A stretch of 62,188 nt of DNA from an uncultured Bacilli bacterium. Lineage in GTDB: Bacteria; Bacillota_I; Bacilli_A; RF39; UBA660. The position numbers were made by a program, and so were the translations under genes. Below are positions 8,208 to 19,072 of this stretch, piece after piece (the stretch's first letter is position 1; each line of letters opens with the position of its first letter). Where the stretch lies: the NCBI GenBank assembly GCA_947629235.1, contig CANRCX010000006.1, positions 1-62,188 on the forward strand, read 5' to 3'. The notes under the pieces are model-generated. The model saw nothing but the letters and a program-made list of their open reading frames with translations, made no database searches and was not told the DNA's origin.

Positions 8208-11024
8208 ATGAAAAAAGAAAAAAAAGATAATTTAACTAAAGAAGAAAAATTAAAACTCAAAGAAGAAAAAAAAGAAATGAAAAAAGAAAAGAAGAAGAAT
8301 AAACCAAGAAGAAAATTCAGATTCTTTTATTGGCTAATGGTATTAATAGTATTTTTTGCCCTACTTTGCTTTATTGGTGGCGTTGGATTTTGCTACTATA
8401 TTGTAAAAGGTGCTCCAGAGTTTAATGTAGATAAGCTATTTGAAAAAGAAGCATCAAGAATATTTGATTCTAAAGGTAATTTAATAGCAACTCTAGGAAC
8501 AGAGCAAAGACAAAAAGTTACTTATGATGAGTTACCACAAGTATTAATAGATGCAATAATTGCAACAGAAGATTCAAGATTCTTCCAACATAATGGATTT
8601 GATGCTCCAAGATTTTTAAAAGCATCTATTCAACAAGTATTAGGCCGTGGTGGTGGTGGAGCTTCAACTCTTACAATGCAACTTTCTAAACTAGCATTTA
8701 CTTCTGTTGAAAGTGAAGGTATTGAAGGTATAATAAGAAAATTTACTGATATATATATGTCTGTATTCAAAATGGAAAAGTACTTTACTAAAGAAGAAAT
8801 AATTGAATATTATGTAAATACTCCATGTTTAGGTGGTAATATTTATGGAGTTCAAGAAGCAAGTAAACATTATTTTGGTAAAGATGTAAAAGATTTAAAC
8901 TTAGTAGAAGCAGCTCAAATTGCTGGAATGTTCCAATCTCCTAATGGTTATAATCCTTACTATAATCCAAATGATGCTAACGATAGAAAAAATACAGTAC
9001 TTTATTTAATGAAAAGACATGGTTATATAACTGATACTGAATATAAAGCTGCTACATCTATTGAAATAAAAGATATGTTAAAAGAAAGCTCTGATACAGC
9101 GTCAAATCCATATCAAGGATTTATTGATACAGTTGTAGAAGAATTAAAGAATGATTATGGTAAAGAATTTAATCCTTACTCTGTTTCAATGGATGTATAT
9201 ACAACTATGAATAAAAGTAAACAAGATGCAATTAATAATTTTTATAAAACATATAAATTTAAAGATAAAAAAATAGAAGTTGGTATTGGTGTTGTAGATA
9301 ATAAAACTGGTGCTATATTAGCAGTTGGTGCTGGTAGAAATAAAAGTGCTGCTGGTACATTAAATGTAGCAACATTTGATAATCAAATTAAAAGAGCACC
9401 TGGTTCTACAATTAAACCTATATTAGATTATGGACCTGCTATTGAATATGAAAACTTAAGTACTTATGGACCATTTATTGATGAAAAAACACCATATGGT
9501 ACTGGTAATATGAGAAACTTTAATAGTTCTTATAAAGGATTCATGACAATGAGAGATTGCTTAAAGAATTCAATTAATACTTGTGCTCTTCAAGCATTTA
9601 GATTAACTACAGCAGATCAAAAAATAGAATTTGCAGGTAAGTTAGGAATAGAATTTAAAGATGGACTTAATGATGCTTATTCAATAGGTGCATTTAATGG
9701 TGTATCTCCAGTACAATTAGCTGCTGCTTATGCTGCATTTGGTAATGGTGGTACTTATCATACTCCACACTCTTATACAAAAGTTGTTCTAAGAGAAACT
9801 GATGAAGAATATGAAAAAGAAATTGAAAGTGTAAAAGCTATGAGTCCACAAACAGCTTATATAATTACAACAATTTTAACATCAGCTACATCTGGATCTG
9901 TAAAAGTATCTGGAACTCAAGTAGCTACTAAAACAGGAACTACATCATATGATACAACTGAACTTAAAAAATATGGACTTACAAGTTCTGTAATACCAGA
10001 TTCATGGACTAGTAGTTATACTCCTGATTATGCAATGGCCATTTGGTATGGTTATACTGAAGGTCTTACTAAAGATAATGTTAAAAATAAATATTATTTA
10101 AAAAATGCACATGCAACTAGTGAAAGAATTAAAATACAAGCTGCACTTGCTAAAGTTATTTATGAAAAGAATTCTAAATTTAAAAGTCCAGGTGGAATTA
10201 CTTCATCAAAAGTAGAACTTGAAACTATCCCACCACAATTACCAAGTGCATATACACCAAGTAAATTAGTTGGTACATTTATGTTTAAAGGTAATACTGC
10301 TCCTACTGAAGTATCAAATAGATTTGATAAATTAAAAGATCCAAGTGCTGTTCAATATAATTTAGTTGATAAAACACTTAACCTATCTTGGACATCTCCT
10401 GGAATTCCAGATGCAGTAAATATTGATTATTTAACTGAATACTTTAAAAATGGTTATTCAATTTGGGCAGATGATTACTTAAAGAAAAGACTTTCATATA
10501 ATAGTTCAAATATTGGAGAATTTGGATTTGATATTTATTTAACACAAGGAGAAAATTCAACTTATGTTGGTTGGACAAATGAAAACAGCTATACAATTGA
10601 TACAAGTAAATATGTTGGAATTTATGATGGTGTTATAGTTAAGAGTGCTTACTCTAAATTTAAGAGTAATGCTAGTGATGGATATAAAGTTGTATTTAGC
10701 TTTGGTGAAGAAGTAATTGATACAAATAACATTAATGTTACAATGAATGGATTAACTGCTGCATTTAAAGTAAATGATCCATTTACAGAATTAAATACAA
10801 ATAATATTGAAACAATAACTTATAATGGTAGTGATATTAAAGCTAGTATAAGTAATTTATCAGTCAATATATCATCTATCGTTAAAGATGGAAGTACTGA
10901 TGTTATTACTAAAGATAATTTAACTTCAGTAGCTGGTACATATAAAATAACATATACAGTAACATTTAATTATAAAACAACTAGTGTTAGTAAAACATTT
11001 ACTCAAACAATTGCTGTATCATAA
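8208..11024 (+). CDS. ponA: class A penicillin-binding protein (PBP1A)
   Basis: GT51 motifs EDSRFFQHNG and GASTLTMQL; transpeptidase STIK, SIN, KTGT. Confidence 0.95.
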   Translation: MKKEKKDNLTKEEKLKLKEEKKEMKKEKKKNKPRRKFRFFYWLMVLIVFFALLCFIGGVGFCYYIVKGAPEFNVDKLFEKEASRIFDSKGNLIATLGTEQRQKVTYDELPQVLIDAIIATEDSRFFQHNGFDAPRFLKASIQQVLGRGGGGASTLTMQLSKLAFTSVESEGIEGIIRKFTDIYMSVFKMEKYFTKEEIIEYYVNTPCLGGNIYGVQEASKHYFGKDVKDLNLVEAAQIAGMFQSPNGYNPYYNPNDANDRKNTVLYLMKRHGYITDTEYKAATSIEIKDMLKESSDTASNPYQGFIDTVVEELKNDYGKEFNPYSVSMDVYTTMNKSKQDAINNFYKTYKFKDKKIEVGIGVVDNKTGAILAVGAGRNKSAAGTLNVATFDNQIKRAPGSTIKPILDYGPAIEYENLSTYGPFIDEKTPYGTGNMRNFNSSYKGFMTMRDCLKNSINTCALQAFRLTTADQKIEFAGKLGIEFKDGLNDAYSIGAFNGVSPVQLAAAYAAFGNGGTYHTPHSYTKVVLRETDEEYEKEIESVKAMSPQTAYIITTILTSATSGSVKVSGTQVATKTGTTSYDTTELKKYGLTSSVIPDSWTSSYTPDYAMAIWYGYTEGLTKDNVKNKYYLKNAHATSERIKIQAALAKVIYEKNSKFKSPGGITSSKVELETIPPQLPSAYTPSKLVGTFMFKGNTAPTEVSNRFDKLKDPSAVQYNLVDKTLNLSWTSPGIPDAVNIDYLTEYFKNGYSIWADDYLKKRLSYNSSNIGEFGFDIYLTQGENSTYVGWTNENSYTIDTSKYVGIYDGVIVKSAYSKFKSNASDGYKVVFSFGEEVIDTNNINVTMNGLTAAFKVNDPFTELNTNNIETITYNGSDIKASISNLSVNISSIVKDGSTDVITKDNLTSVAGTYKITYTVTFNYKTTSVSKTFTQTIAVS

Positions 11025-11029
11025 AAAAT

Positions 11030-11063
11030 TAAAACCATTTCAATTTAAATTGAGATGGTTTTT
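11030..11063. terminator. bidirectional terminator between ponA and alr
   Basis: AAAACCATTTCAAT-TTAA-ATTGAGATGGTTTT. Confidence 0.7.
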
Positions 11064-11094
11064 AAGTCTAAAAAAATAAAATGGTTAATCCATT

Positions 11095-12159
11095 TTATTT
11101 AATATATTCTTTTTTCATATTATCATCTATTACACAAGTAACTTCACTTGGTGCTTCATTATAAATATCACTTAAATATTCAGATATTCTCATTACATCT
11201 TTTGAATCTTTTATTAAATAAACAGTATCAAATAATTTAACATTTTCATCGATTTTAATAAATGTATTACACATACAAATATTACCTACTATTTTATACT
11301 TTTTATCTTTTATATATACGTATCTTCCTTTATTTGGTTTTAATAATCCATCAGCATATCCAATAGGAATAATACCAATTAATTCATTATCTTTTTCTGC
11401 GGTGTATGCTCCATCATATCCAAGAGTATCACCTTTTCTTAATTTTCTTATTCTTATAATATGACTTTTTAAACTAATAGCAGATTCAAATCTATCATCT
11501 AAAGTAAATCCATATAATAAATCCCCTATTCTAATACCATTAGTATATTTAAACTTATCATATAATAGTAAAGATTCACTATTCATAATATGTACCATTG
11601 GAAATTCATAATTTAATTTACTATATATATAATTAAATGCATCTATTTGTGATTCAACTAATTTTTTATTAGCTGCATAATATATATGAGTATATATACC
11701 TTCTACTTTAATACCATTTGATGAAGAATAATTAATTATTTCTTTTATTTCATTTATATCACTACTACCAAATCTATTCATACCAGTATTTACTTTAATA
11801 TGTATTTTTAATTTACGAGTGATTTTAATAGCTTTTAAATAATTAATATCATCTATAGTAATAGAAATATTATTTCTAATACATTTATTTATATCTTCTG
11901 GAAAAACTGGTGTTAAAATTAATATTCCTTTTTTAGTATATTTTCTTACTATCATTGCTTCTTCAATATTAGCAACAGCAAAATAATTTATACCAGCATT
12001 TTCCATAGTCTTAATTACTTTATCATATCCACAACCATATGCATTTGCTTTTACTACACCAATATAATATTTATAATCATAATTTTTTATAATTTCTTTT
12101 ACATTATGAGAAATACCACTTAAATTTATTTCTAAAGTATTACCACTTAACATTTTCAA
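11095..12159 (-). CDS. alr: alanine racemase family protein
   Basis: VVKANAYG PLP lysine, HIKVNTGMNRFG, GYDG, IGYADG, IVGNICM. Confidence 0.9.
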   Translation of the reverse strand: MKMLSGNTLEINLSGISHNVKEIIKNYDYKYYIGVVKANAYGCGYDKVIKTMENAGINYFAVANIEEAMIVRKYTKKGILILTPVFPEDINKCIRNNISITIDDINYLKAIKITRKLKIHIKVNTGMNRFGSSDINEIKEIINYSSSNGIKVEGIYTHIYYAANKKLVESQIDAFNYIYSKLNYEFPMVHIMNSESLLLYDKFKYTNGIRIGDLLYGFTLDDRFESAISLKSHIIRIRKLRKGDTLGYDGAYTAEKDNELIGIIPIGYADGLLKPNKGRYVYIKDKKYKIVGNICMCNTFIKIDENVKLFDTVYLIKDSKDVMRISEYLSDIYNEAPSEVTCVIDDNMKKEYIK

Positions 12160-13156
12160 TCTCGCTTCCTAGTATATCTTTAATTTGTTCTAAATAATTC
12201 ATTTTTTCATCTTCATCATGCATTAAATAATATTGATAGTTAGTGTAACATGGATATGGATTTACTTCTATAATTTCAGGTCCATCTTTAGTAATAGCTA
12301 TATCCCATCCAATAAATCTTATATTAGGTACTTCAAGAGCAGCTCTTTCACATAATTCGATTGATTCTTTCATAAATGGTATTTTAATACCTTCAAATTT
12401 AAATCCTGTAACAGGATGAGTTTCAAATACATTTAAATCATCATCAACCATTTTAGATATTAAATTTCCTTTATCATCAAGTCTTCCTTGAATATCATGA
12501 GAACTAATAGTATCAGTAAGTCCATCATTTATACGAAGAATACGTTCAAATATAGTTACTTTTCCATCATTTAATATTGTAACTATTCTTATATTATTAA
12601 CAGCAAATTTATTTATTTTATCAAGTTCTTTATGTTGAATAATTTTTTCTTCAATTAAGAATTGTCTTTTTTCTATTAAATCTTTATATAATTTTTCATA
12701 ATCATCAATATTTTCAGCTTCTATTTTTTTAACTCCATCTCCACCAAAACCATCAACTAATTTAGCAAATACTACTTCTTTTTCTTTTACAAATCTTTTA
12801 AATTCACTAAGAGAAGTAACTCTTAAATCAATATAGTCTCTTTTAATATAATTATGAAAAATTTTATTACAAACTATTTTATCATCCATAGTAACTCTAT
12901 ATTTAATAGGATTTAAATATGCAAGTAATGCTCGATAGTTTTCACCATTTAACATTTTAGTTCTATCTGTATCATTTAAATTAGCATAATTACCTTTCAT
13001 ATAGTCAACATAACCAAGCTTATATTTAAAAACACATTTTAAATAATCCATTTTAATAGAAAGCCTACTTCTATTATTTAATGATGCCTCCCTATTTAAT
13101 ACTTCATTCATTCTTTTAAATTGAATACTTTTAATTCTATTAATAATATATGACAT
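12140..13156 (-). CDS. ATP-grasp protein (sugar-transfer-associated ATPgrasp_ST-like)
   Basis: DDK, FAK...GFGGDGV, IEEKIIQH, IRIVT, HPVTG, IGWDIAIT, IIEVN; start MSYII after a GAGGTG RBS. Confidence 0.8.
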   Translation of the reverse strand: MSYIINRIKSIQFKRMNEVLNREASLNNRSRLSIKMDYLKCVFKYKLGYVDYMKGNYANLNDTDRTKMLNGENYRALLAYLNPIKYRVTMDDKIVCNKIFHNYIKRDYIDLRVTSLSEFKRFVKEKEVVFAKLVDGFGGDGVKKIEAENIDDYEKLYKDLIEKRQFLIEEKIIQHKELDKINKFAVNNIRIVTILNDGKVTIFERILRINDGLTDTISSHDIQGRLDDKGNLISKMVDDDLNVFETHPVTGFKFEGIKIPFMKESIELCERAALEVPNIRFIGWDIAITKDGPEIIEVNPYPCYTNYQYYLMHDEDEKMNYLEQIKDILGSEIENVKW

Positions 13157-13232
13157 ATATTTCACCTCTATAATTATTCTAACACATTTTTTTATATTTA
13201 AAAACAAAATAGAAATAATATTTACATTATCT

Positions 13233-16073
13233 CTATTTTAAATAATCATTAATATTTAATATTAAACATTTTTTACTATTATCAGTTTTTTCTTTTATAT
13301 TTTTAAGTCTATTTATTGCACTCTTAATTGTTGAATCATATAACCATTTTGTATCTTCAAAACTTGATATAAAATTATCTTTACTTATAAACTTACTATT
13401 TTCTATCTTAGCATATGCATATGCTTTATCTATTAGTTTTATTGATAAGTCTGGATTACATAATTTATCATTATATGGTTTTAATTTGCTTGTTGACTCT
13501 ACTATTACTTTTATTACTTCTTCTCTTTCTTCTTCTGTTTCAAAATATATATTATTTTTATTACTGAAGTCTTCTATTACTTTTTCTACTATTTGATATA
13601 GTACTACTTTTGTTGGTTCTTCTACTTCTATTTTATCAAATCTTCTTTTTAAGGCATCATTTGAAAAGTGTTCAAGATATTCTTCTTTTGTTGTTGTTCC
13701 GATTATTCTTCCATTATCTCTGCTTATATATCTTTTTATTATATCTGCCATATCTGTTTCTTTTTTCTCTCCACTTCCTGTTCCATACATTTCATGTATT
13801 TCATCTATAAATAATAAGATATTATATTTTTTACATATATCTAATAATTCTTTCATATTTTGTTCAAACATTCCTACATATTTACATCCTGATACTACTT
13901 CACTTGGTGATACTTCTAATATTAATTGATTCTTTAGAAAATCTGGTACATCTCCATTTTGTATTCTATATGATAGTTCATCTACTAATGCTGTTTTTCC
14001 TACACCTGATTCTCCTACGATTATTGGACATGTTTTATCTTGTGCTAGTGTTATTATTAAACTCTTTAATTCTTTTTCTCTTCCTATTGTTGGTGTTTCT
14101 TTATATTCTTTTATATTTAATAGTCTTCCATATTTCTCTATCTTTTTTATATCACTTTCTCTTATATTTAATTTATTTTTTTGTGCTACTGGTAATAAAG
14201 ATACTTCTTTTTTAGGATCTGAGTTTATATATCTTTTTTCCAACTCATATAAAGTCATTTCTTGTTCATTTTTAGATATTTTATTAAATCTAGATATAAA
14301 AGATATAACTATATGTTTACAATAAGATGAATTTAAAAAATCATTAAAATCTTTATCATTAGAACCATATTTAATATAAAAATGTAATATTAATAAATCA
14401 AATAATTTTTGATTATCTTTATATAAATTAATTAATGATTCTTTTTTTATATCTTTAAATTTAATATCATTAGATTCTTTTATTATTGATACTATTGCTT
14501 GATATGTTTTTAAATAATCTAAATTATAATAAAATAAATTAGATATTATTTCACCATCATTCATATCTTTAAAATACTCTTTTATTTTTTCATAATTTTG
14601 TTTACTATTATCAGTAATGTTACTATAAAACTCTTTTATATTAAAATTATTATTTTCTTTTGTATCTACATCCCAATCTAATAATTTTAAACATTCATTT
14701 GCTGCTTGTTCTTTCAATTTTTCTAATAATAATTTATTACTATTATTAATTATATCTAAAGATGATACAAATGAATTATCATTCTTTATATAAGGAAATT
14801 TCTTACTAAATATATTTACTAATTTATATTTATCAAATTCATAACCAAAGAAATTATATACTTTTAAATTAAGTAATATTAAAAATATAAATGTATATAC
14901 ATAATCATTTTCAACTAAACAATCTAATACATAATATGGATCTATTTTTATATTTTTTGATTCACAACAATATAATAATGTTGATATTGCATAATACATA
15001 TTTGCTTTTTGTGATTTAACTTTTAATAATTTATAAAGTAAATCATTATAACTTAATTTATATTTATTCATAAGATTATTTAATATTGCTATATTATTTT
15101 TAGTATTATTAGTTAATTTATTTAAAACATCATTAATATCATTATTTAGATCATCTTTATCTTCATTATTTAAACCATTTATAAAGTCTTTTTCTAATGT
15201 TATTAATAATTCATTCTTTTCTTCTTCTGTTTTATTTTTATAAATATTATATAAACTATTAAATAGATATTCTCCCCTAGGATTTAATTTTTCACTTATT
15301 TGATTACTTATAATACCATTATTTAATAAATGGAATATTAATAATTTATCTAATTTATCATTTTTAAGATTATTTATATAATTTAAATATATTGCAATAT
15401 TTAATGGATTGAATGTAGTAGAATTATTAATTAAACTTTTTATTGCTAAATATGATTTTACTTCATCTATTCCTTCATTTTGTAATAATTTAGATATTAT
15501 TACATCATCTGTTTGATTATTATATGGAAAATATTTTTTAAACTCTTCTCTTAATATATCAGTATCTACTAATTTATTATTTAAGAATTTTTGTAACATT
15601 ATATTTAAATAATATGTTTCAGATTTTTGTAAATCAAATTCAAAAGATAAACCAAAATATTCATCTTCCATTTCAGATAAATTTTTATTATTAATACTAT
15701 CATTTGCTTTAGATATTAATTGAGTTAAATTATCAGTTAAACCATAATTAATAAATGAATTAAAGACTATTTTATTAAAATCAATTTCATTATTACTAAT
15801 ATTAGCAATAAATAATTTTAAAAAATTCATATCATAATTTTCTATTATATTTTTTGATATATTATATATTGAAGATGTTATATAATAAGGATCTTTATCT
15901 ATATCTTTTATTAAAGTTTTAATTGCTAAATAACATTTTTTAGTATTATATTTATGTTTAGTAATTTCTTCTATTATTTCAAGTGATGTTTTATTTTTAA
16001 AATAATCTTTTAATATCTTTTCATTTTCATCTTCATATATATCTAATTTATCTAAAATGTCTTCTATTTTCAT
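13233..16073 (-). CDS. Clp-family single AAA+ (NBD1-only) ATPase with four N-terminal repeats
   Basis: IGREKE, GESGVGKT, GCKYVGMFE, LLFIDEIH, IIGTTT, DALKRRF; no NBD2. Confidence 0.85.
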   Translation of the reverse strand: MKIEDILDKLDIYEDENEKILKDYFKNKTSLEIIEEITKHKYNTKKCYLAIKTLIKDIDKDPYYITSSIYNISKNIIENYDMNFLKLFIANISNNEIDFNKIVFNSFINYGLTDNLTQLISKANDSINNKNLSEMEDEYFGLSFEFDLQKSETYYLNIMLQKFLNNKLVDTDILREEFKKYFPYNNQTDDVIISKLLQNEGIDEVKSYLAIKSLINNSTTFNPLNIAIYLNYINNLKNDKLDKLLIFHLLNNGIISNQISEKLNPRGEYLFNSLYNIYKNKTEEEKNELLITLEKDFINGLNNEDKDDLNNDINDVLNKLTNNTKNNIAILNNLMNKYKLSYNDLLYKLLKVKSQKANMYYAISTLLYCCESKNIKIDPYYVLDCLVENDYVYTFIFLILLNLKVYNFFGYEFDKYKLVNIFSKKFPYIKNDNSFVSSLDIINNSNKLLLEKLKEQAANECLKLLDWDVDTKENNNFNIKEFYSNITDNSKQNYEKIKEYFKDMNDGEIISNLFYYNLDYLKTYQAIVSIIKESNDIKFKDIKKESLINLYKDNQKLFDLLILHFYIKYGSNDKDFNDFLNSSYCKHIVISFISRFNKISKNEQEMTLYELEKRYINSDPKKEVSLLPVAQKNKLNIRESDIKKIEKYGRLLNIKEYKETPTIGREKELKSLIITLAQDKTCPIIVGESGVGKTALVDELSYRIQNGDVPDFLKNQLILEVSPSEVVSGCKYVGMFEQNMKELLDICKKYNILLFIDEIHEMYGTGSGEKKETDMADIIKRYISRDNGRIIGTTTKEEYLEHFSNDALKRRFDKIEVEEPTKVVLYQIVEKVIEDFSNKNNIYFETEEEREEVIKVIVESTSKLKPYNDKLCNPDLSIKLIDKAYAYAKIENSKFISKDNFISSFEDTKWLYDSTIKSAINRLKNIKEKTDNSKKCLILNINDYLK
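13294..14166. repeat. 873-bp direct repeat copy 1 (AAA+ module)
   Basis: matches 16214-17086 at offset 2920; only one substitution noticed (14112 vs 17032). Confidence 0.95.
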
Positions 16074-16152
16074 AAGTTTAATTCTCCTTGATTTAATATG
16101 TATAATATCATATATGAATTATTAAATCAATTAAAAAGAAATAAAAGAATTT

Positions 16153-17604
16153 CTATTTTAAATAATTATTAAAATCTAATATTAAACATTTTTGTTCTTT
16201 TATTTCATTTGAATTTATATTTTTAAGTCTATTTATTGCACTCTTAATTGTTGAATCATATAACCATTTTGTATCTTCAAAACTTGATATAAAATTATCT
16301 TTACTTATAAACTTACTATTTTCTATCTTAGCATATGCATATGCTTTATCTATTAGTTTTATTGATAAGTCTGGATTACATAATTTATCATTATATGGTT
16401 TTAATTTGCTTGTTGACTCTACTATTACTTTTATTACTTCTTCTCTTTCTTCTTCTGTTTCAAAATATATATTATTTTTATTACTGAAGTCTTCTATTAC
16501 TTTTTCTACTATTTGATATAGTACTACTTTTGTTGGTTCTTCTACTTCTATTTTATCAAATCTTCTTTTTAAGGCATCATTTGAAAAGTGTTCAAGATAT
16601 TCTTCTTTTGTTGTTGTTCCGATTATTCTTCCATTATCTCTGCTTATATATCTTTTTATTATATCTGCCATATCTGTTTCTTTTTTCTCTCCACTTCCTG
16701 TTCCATACATTTCATGTATTTCATCTATAAATAATAAGATATTATATTTTTTACATATATCTAATAATTCTTTCATATTTTGTTCAAACATTCCTACATA
16801 TTTACATCCTGATACTACTTCACTTGGTGATACTTCTAATATTAATTGATTCTTTAGAAAATCTGGTACATCTCCATTTTGTATTCTATATGATAGTTCA
16901 TCTACTAATGCTGTTTTTCCTACACCTGATTCTCCTACGATTATTGGACATGTTTTATCTTGTGCTAGTGTTATTATTAAACTCTTTAATTCTTTTTCTC
17001 TTCCTATTGTTGGTGTTTCTTTATATTCTTTCATATTTAATAGTCTTCCATATTTCTCTATCTTTTTTATATCACTTTCTCTTATAAAATTATTATCTTC
17101 TTCAACTATTTCTTCAAAAGATTGTGGTTCAATTTCTTTTTCCATTCTTTTTCCATATATTACATAATAATTAAATCTTTCCATAGCATTTTGTAATCTT
17201 TTTGAACTTTTTTTATCTATTGTTTCATTAACTTTTTCATAATTAATTAAAGATTGTTCAAAATTACAACCTTTTCTATATAAATCAATCATTAATTCTT
17301 CTAAAAAATCTTCACTATAGTTAGTATTTATATTACTAAGAGCATCTTTTAATATAAAATTCTTAGCATCTATTCTACTCGTTGATAATAAACTATCTAT
17401 AGCTATATAACAACACTCTTCATTAAAATAATTAGTTAATAAATATGCTATTATTACTTCATTATCTTTTAATGCTTTTCTATTAAATGGAGTATTAACT
17501 TTTTTAAATCCTTTTTTTAATTTATCTGCATTTGAAAATACATCAAATTTATTCATAGAATATATTACATCAATAAAACTACTATCATTCATTATAATCT
17601 CCAA
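16153..17604 (-). CDS. Clp-family single AAA+ (NBD1-only) ATPase with one N-terminal repeat
   Basis: same AAA+ module as 13233-16073 with a different N-terminus; start may be MNDSS at 17592. Confidence 0.85.
   Translation of the reverse strand: MEIIMNDSSFIDVIYSMNKFDVFSNADKLKKGFKKVNTPFNRKALKDNEVIIAYLLTNYFNEECCYIAIDSLLSTSRIDAKNFILKDALSNINTNYSEDFLEELMIDLYRKGCNFEQSLINYEKVNETIDKKSSKRLQNAMERFNYYVIYGKRMEKEIEPQSFEEIVEEDNNFIRESDIKKIEKYGRLLNMKEYKETPTIGREKELKSLIITLAQDKTCPIIVGESGVGKTALVDELSYRIQNGDVPDFLKNQLILEVSPSEVVSGCKYVGMFEQNMKELLDICKKYNILLFIDEIHEMYGTGSGEKKETDMADIIKRYISRDNGRIIGTTTKEEYLEHFSNDALKRRFDKIEVEEPTKVVLYQIVEKVIEDFSNKNNIYFETEEEREEVIKVIVESTSKLKPYNDKLCNPDLSIKLIDKAYAYAKIENSKFISKDNFISSFEDTKWLYDSTIKSAINRLKNINSNEIKEQKCLILDFNNYLK
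16214..17086. repeat. 873-bp direct repeat copy 2 (AAA+ module)
   Basis: matches 13294-14166. Confidence 0.95.
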
Positions 17605-17716
17605 CTCCTTTTTAAATGTGTGCTATATTATATCATTTTATTTAAAAAAAATCAATTTATAAAGTAAAACTTTTAACAATAAAAAAATAATGAATTAATT
17701 TTTATTTATTTAATCA

Positions 17717-18250
17717 TTATTTTTTTAAAGAATAAACATTTTTAGAAAGTTTTTCTGCTATACCTTTTTGTGGCATTGCTTGAGAAAGAACCCAATCTGA
17801 TACAGTTGTTATTTCTCTATTATCTTTAATTTTTAACATAATATTTTTAGCATTTTTTAAAGCTTTTTTATCTTCCAAATTTTTTAAATATAATGAAATA
17901 TCTTTAATAATATCAAAGTAACCAACTACATGTCCTACTCTTGTCCATTCTCTAGCAACTAAATATTTAATTACATAACTATAATTTTTTAAATATAAAG
18001 TTTTTTCTTTTAAAGTATCAACATTATATTGATATTTTTCATCATTAATATAAAACTCATTAATATTCTTTAATGTTTCATCACTTTCACTAGCAATTTC
18101 TCCATCAGTAAATACTATAGTTTGAATCATTTTGTGTTCTAGTATAACTGGATTTAAAGGATCTTTTGTAAATGAAGGTGGTACTTGTTCATGTTGAAAT
18201 ACTTCTACTACTTGTATTGGACTGTTTTCTTTTAATTCTTGAATTTGCAT
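17717..18250 (-). CDS. hypothetical protein (C-terminus VYSLKK)
   Basis: GAAAGGA RBS; TTGCAA-17-TATAAT promoter upstream. Confidence 0.7.
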   Translation of the reverse strand: MQIQELKENSPIQVVEVFQHEQVPPSFTKDPLNPVILEHKMIQTIVFTDGEIASESDETLKNINEFYINDEKYQYNVDTLKEKTLYLKNYSYVIKYLVAREWTRVGHVVGYFDIIKDISLYLKNLEDKKALKNAKNIMLKIKDNREITTVSDWVLSQAMPQKGIAEKLSKNVYSLKK

Positions 18251-18320
18251 ATTATATTCCTTTCTTTGTAGAGAGTATTATAGCATAATTTTTTCTAATT
18301 GCAAGAAATATAATAATTTT

Positions 18321-19070
18321 TTATACTTCAATAATTTCACTAATAGTATCTTTATTAGCTACATAAACAGGAATTTTTTTATCTATAACATTTCTTGTTG
18401 TATCATATGCAAGATCATATGTATTATCATGATCACTTATATGAATTAACATTATATATTTTGTTTTATCTCCTACAAATCTACTTAAATACATAGCGCA
18501 CTCTTCATTAGATAAATGTCCTTCATCTCCAATATTTCTTATTTTAGTAATCTCATCTTTAGTACCATTCATTTCCATTTCAACATCATGATTACTTTCA
18601 ATTAAATAAACTGTTTTATTTTTTAATTTAGCGTGATATCTAGAATTAATAACACCTGTATCAGCCATATAAAATAATGAATTATCTTTATCTTCAAATA
18701 CAAAACCAAATCCTTTTTTATCATGAGATATTGGTATTTTAGTAAATTTAATTCCTTCTATATTATTAAGTTCATCAAAGAATTCATAATTTTTTAATAA
18801 ATCTTTTTTAGGATACTCCATAAATGTATCTCTAGAAATATATATTTTTGTATTAAAAATTCTATTAAATGAATGAATACTTTTTACATGGTCTGTATGT
18901 GCATGTGTTACGATTATGAATTTTAATTCATCTGCAGACTCACCTATTTCATTTAATTTTTCTTTTATATCATTAAATCCAAGTCCAGCATCTATTAAAA
19001 ACTTAACATCATTTATTTTAACAAATGTAGAATTACCTGAACTACTACTACCTAAAACTACTATTTTCAT
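18321..19070 (-). CDS. yycJ: MBL-fold metallohydrolase, YycJ/WalJ-like
   Basis: LGSSSSGNS, LIDAG, THAHTDH, ISHD, IESNHD, GHLSN. Confidence 0.85.
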   Translation of the reverse strand: MKIVVLGSSSSGNSTFVKINDVKFLIDAGLGFNDIKEKLNEIGESADELKFIIVTHAHTDHVKSIHSFNRIFNTKIYISRDTFMEYPKKDLLKNYEFFDELNNIEGIKFTKIPISHDKKGFGFVFEDKDNSLFYMADTGVINSRYHAKLKNKTVYLIESNHDVEMEMNGTKDEITKIRNIGDEGHLSNEECAMYLSRFVGDKTKYIMLIHISDHDNTYDLAYDTTRNVIDKKIPVYVANKDTISEIIEV

Positions 19071-19072
19071 AT

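Noticed and set aside
13294..17086. 873-bp repeat as an IS or composite transposon
   Set aside because: It encodes a Clp AAA+ domain in frame; no transposase or terminal inverted repeats.
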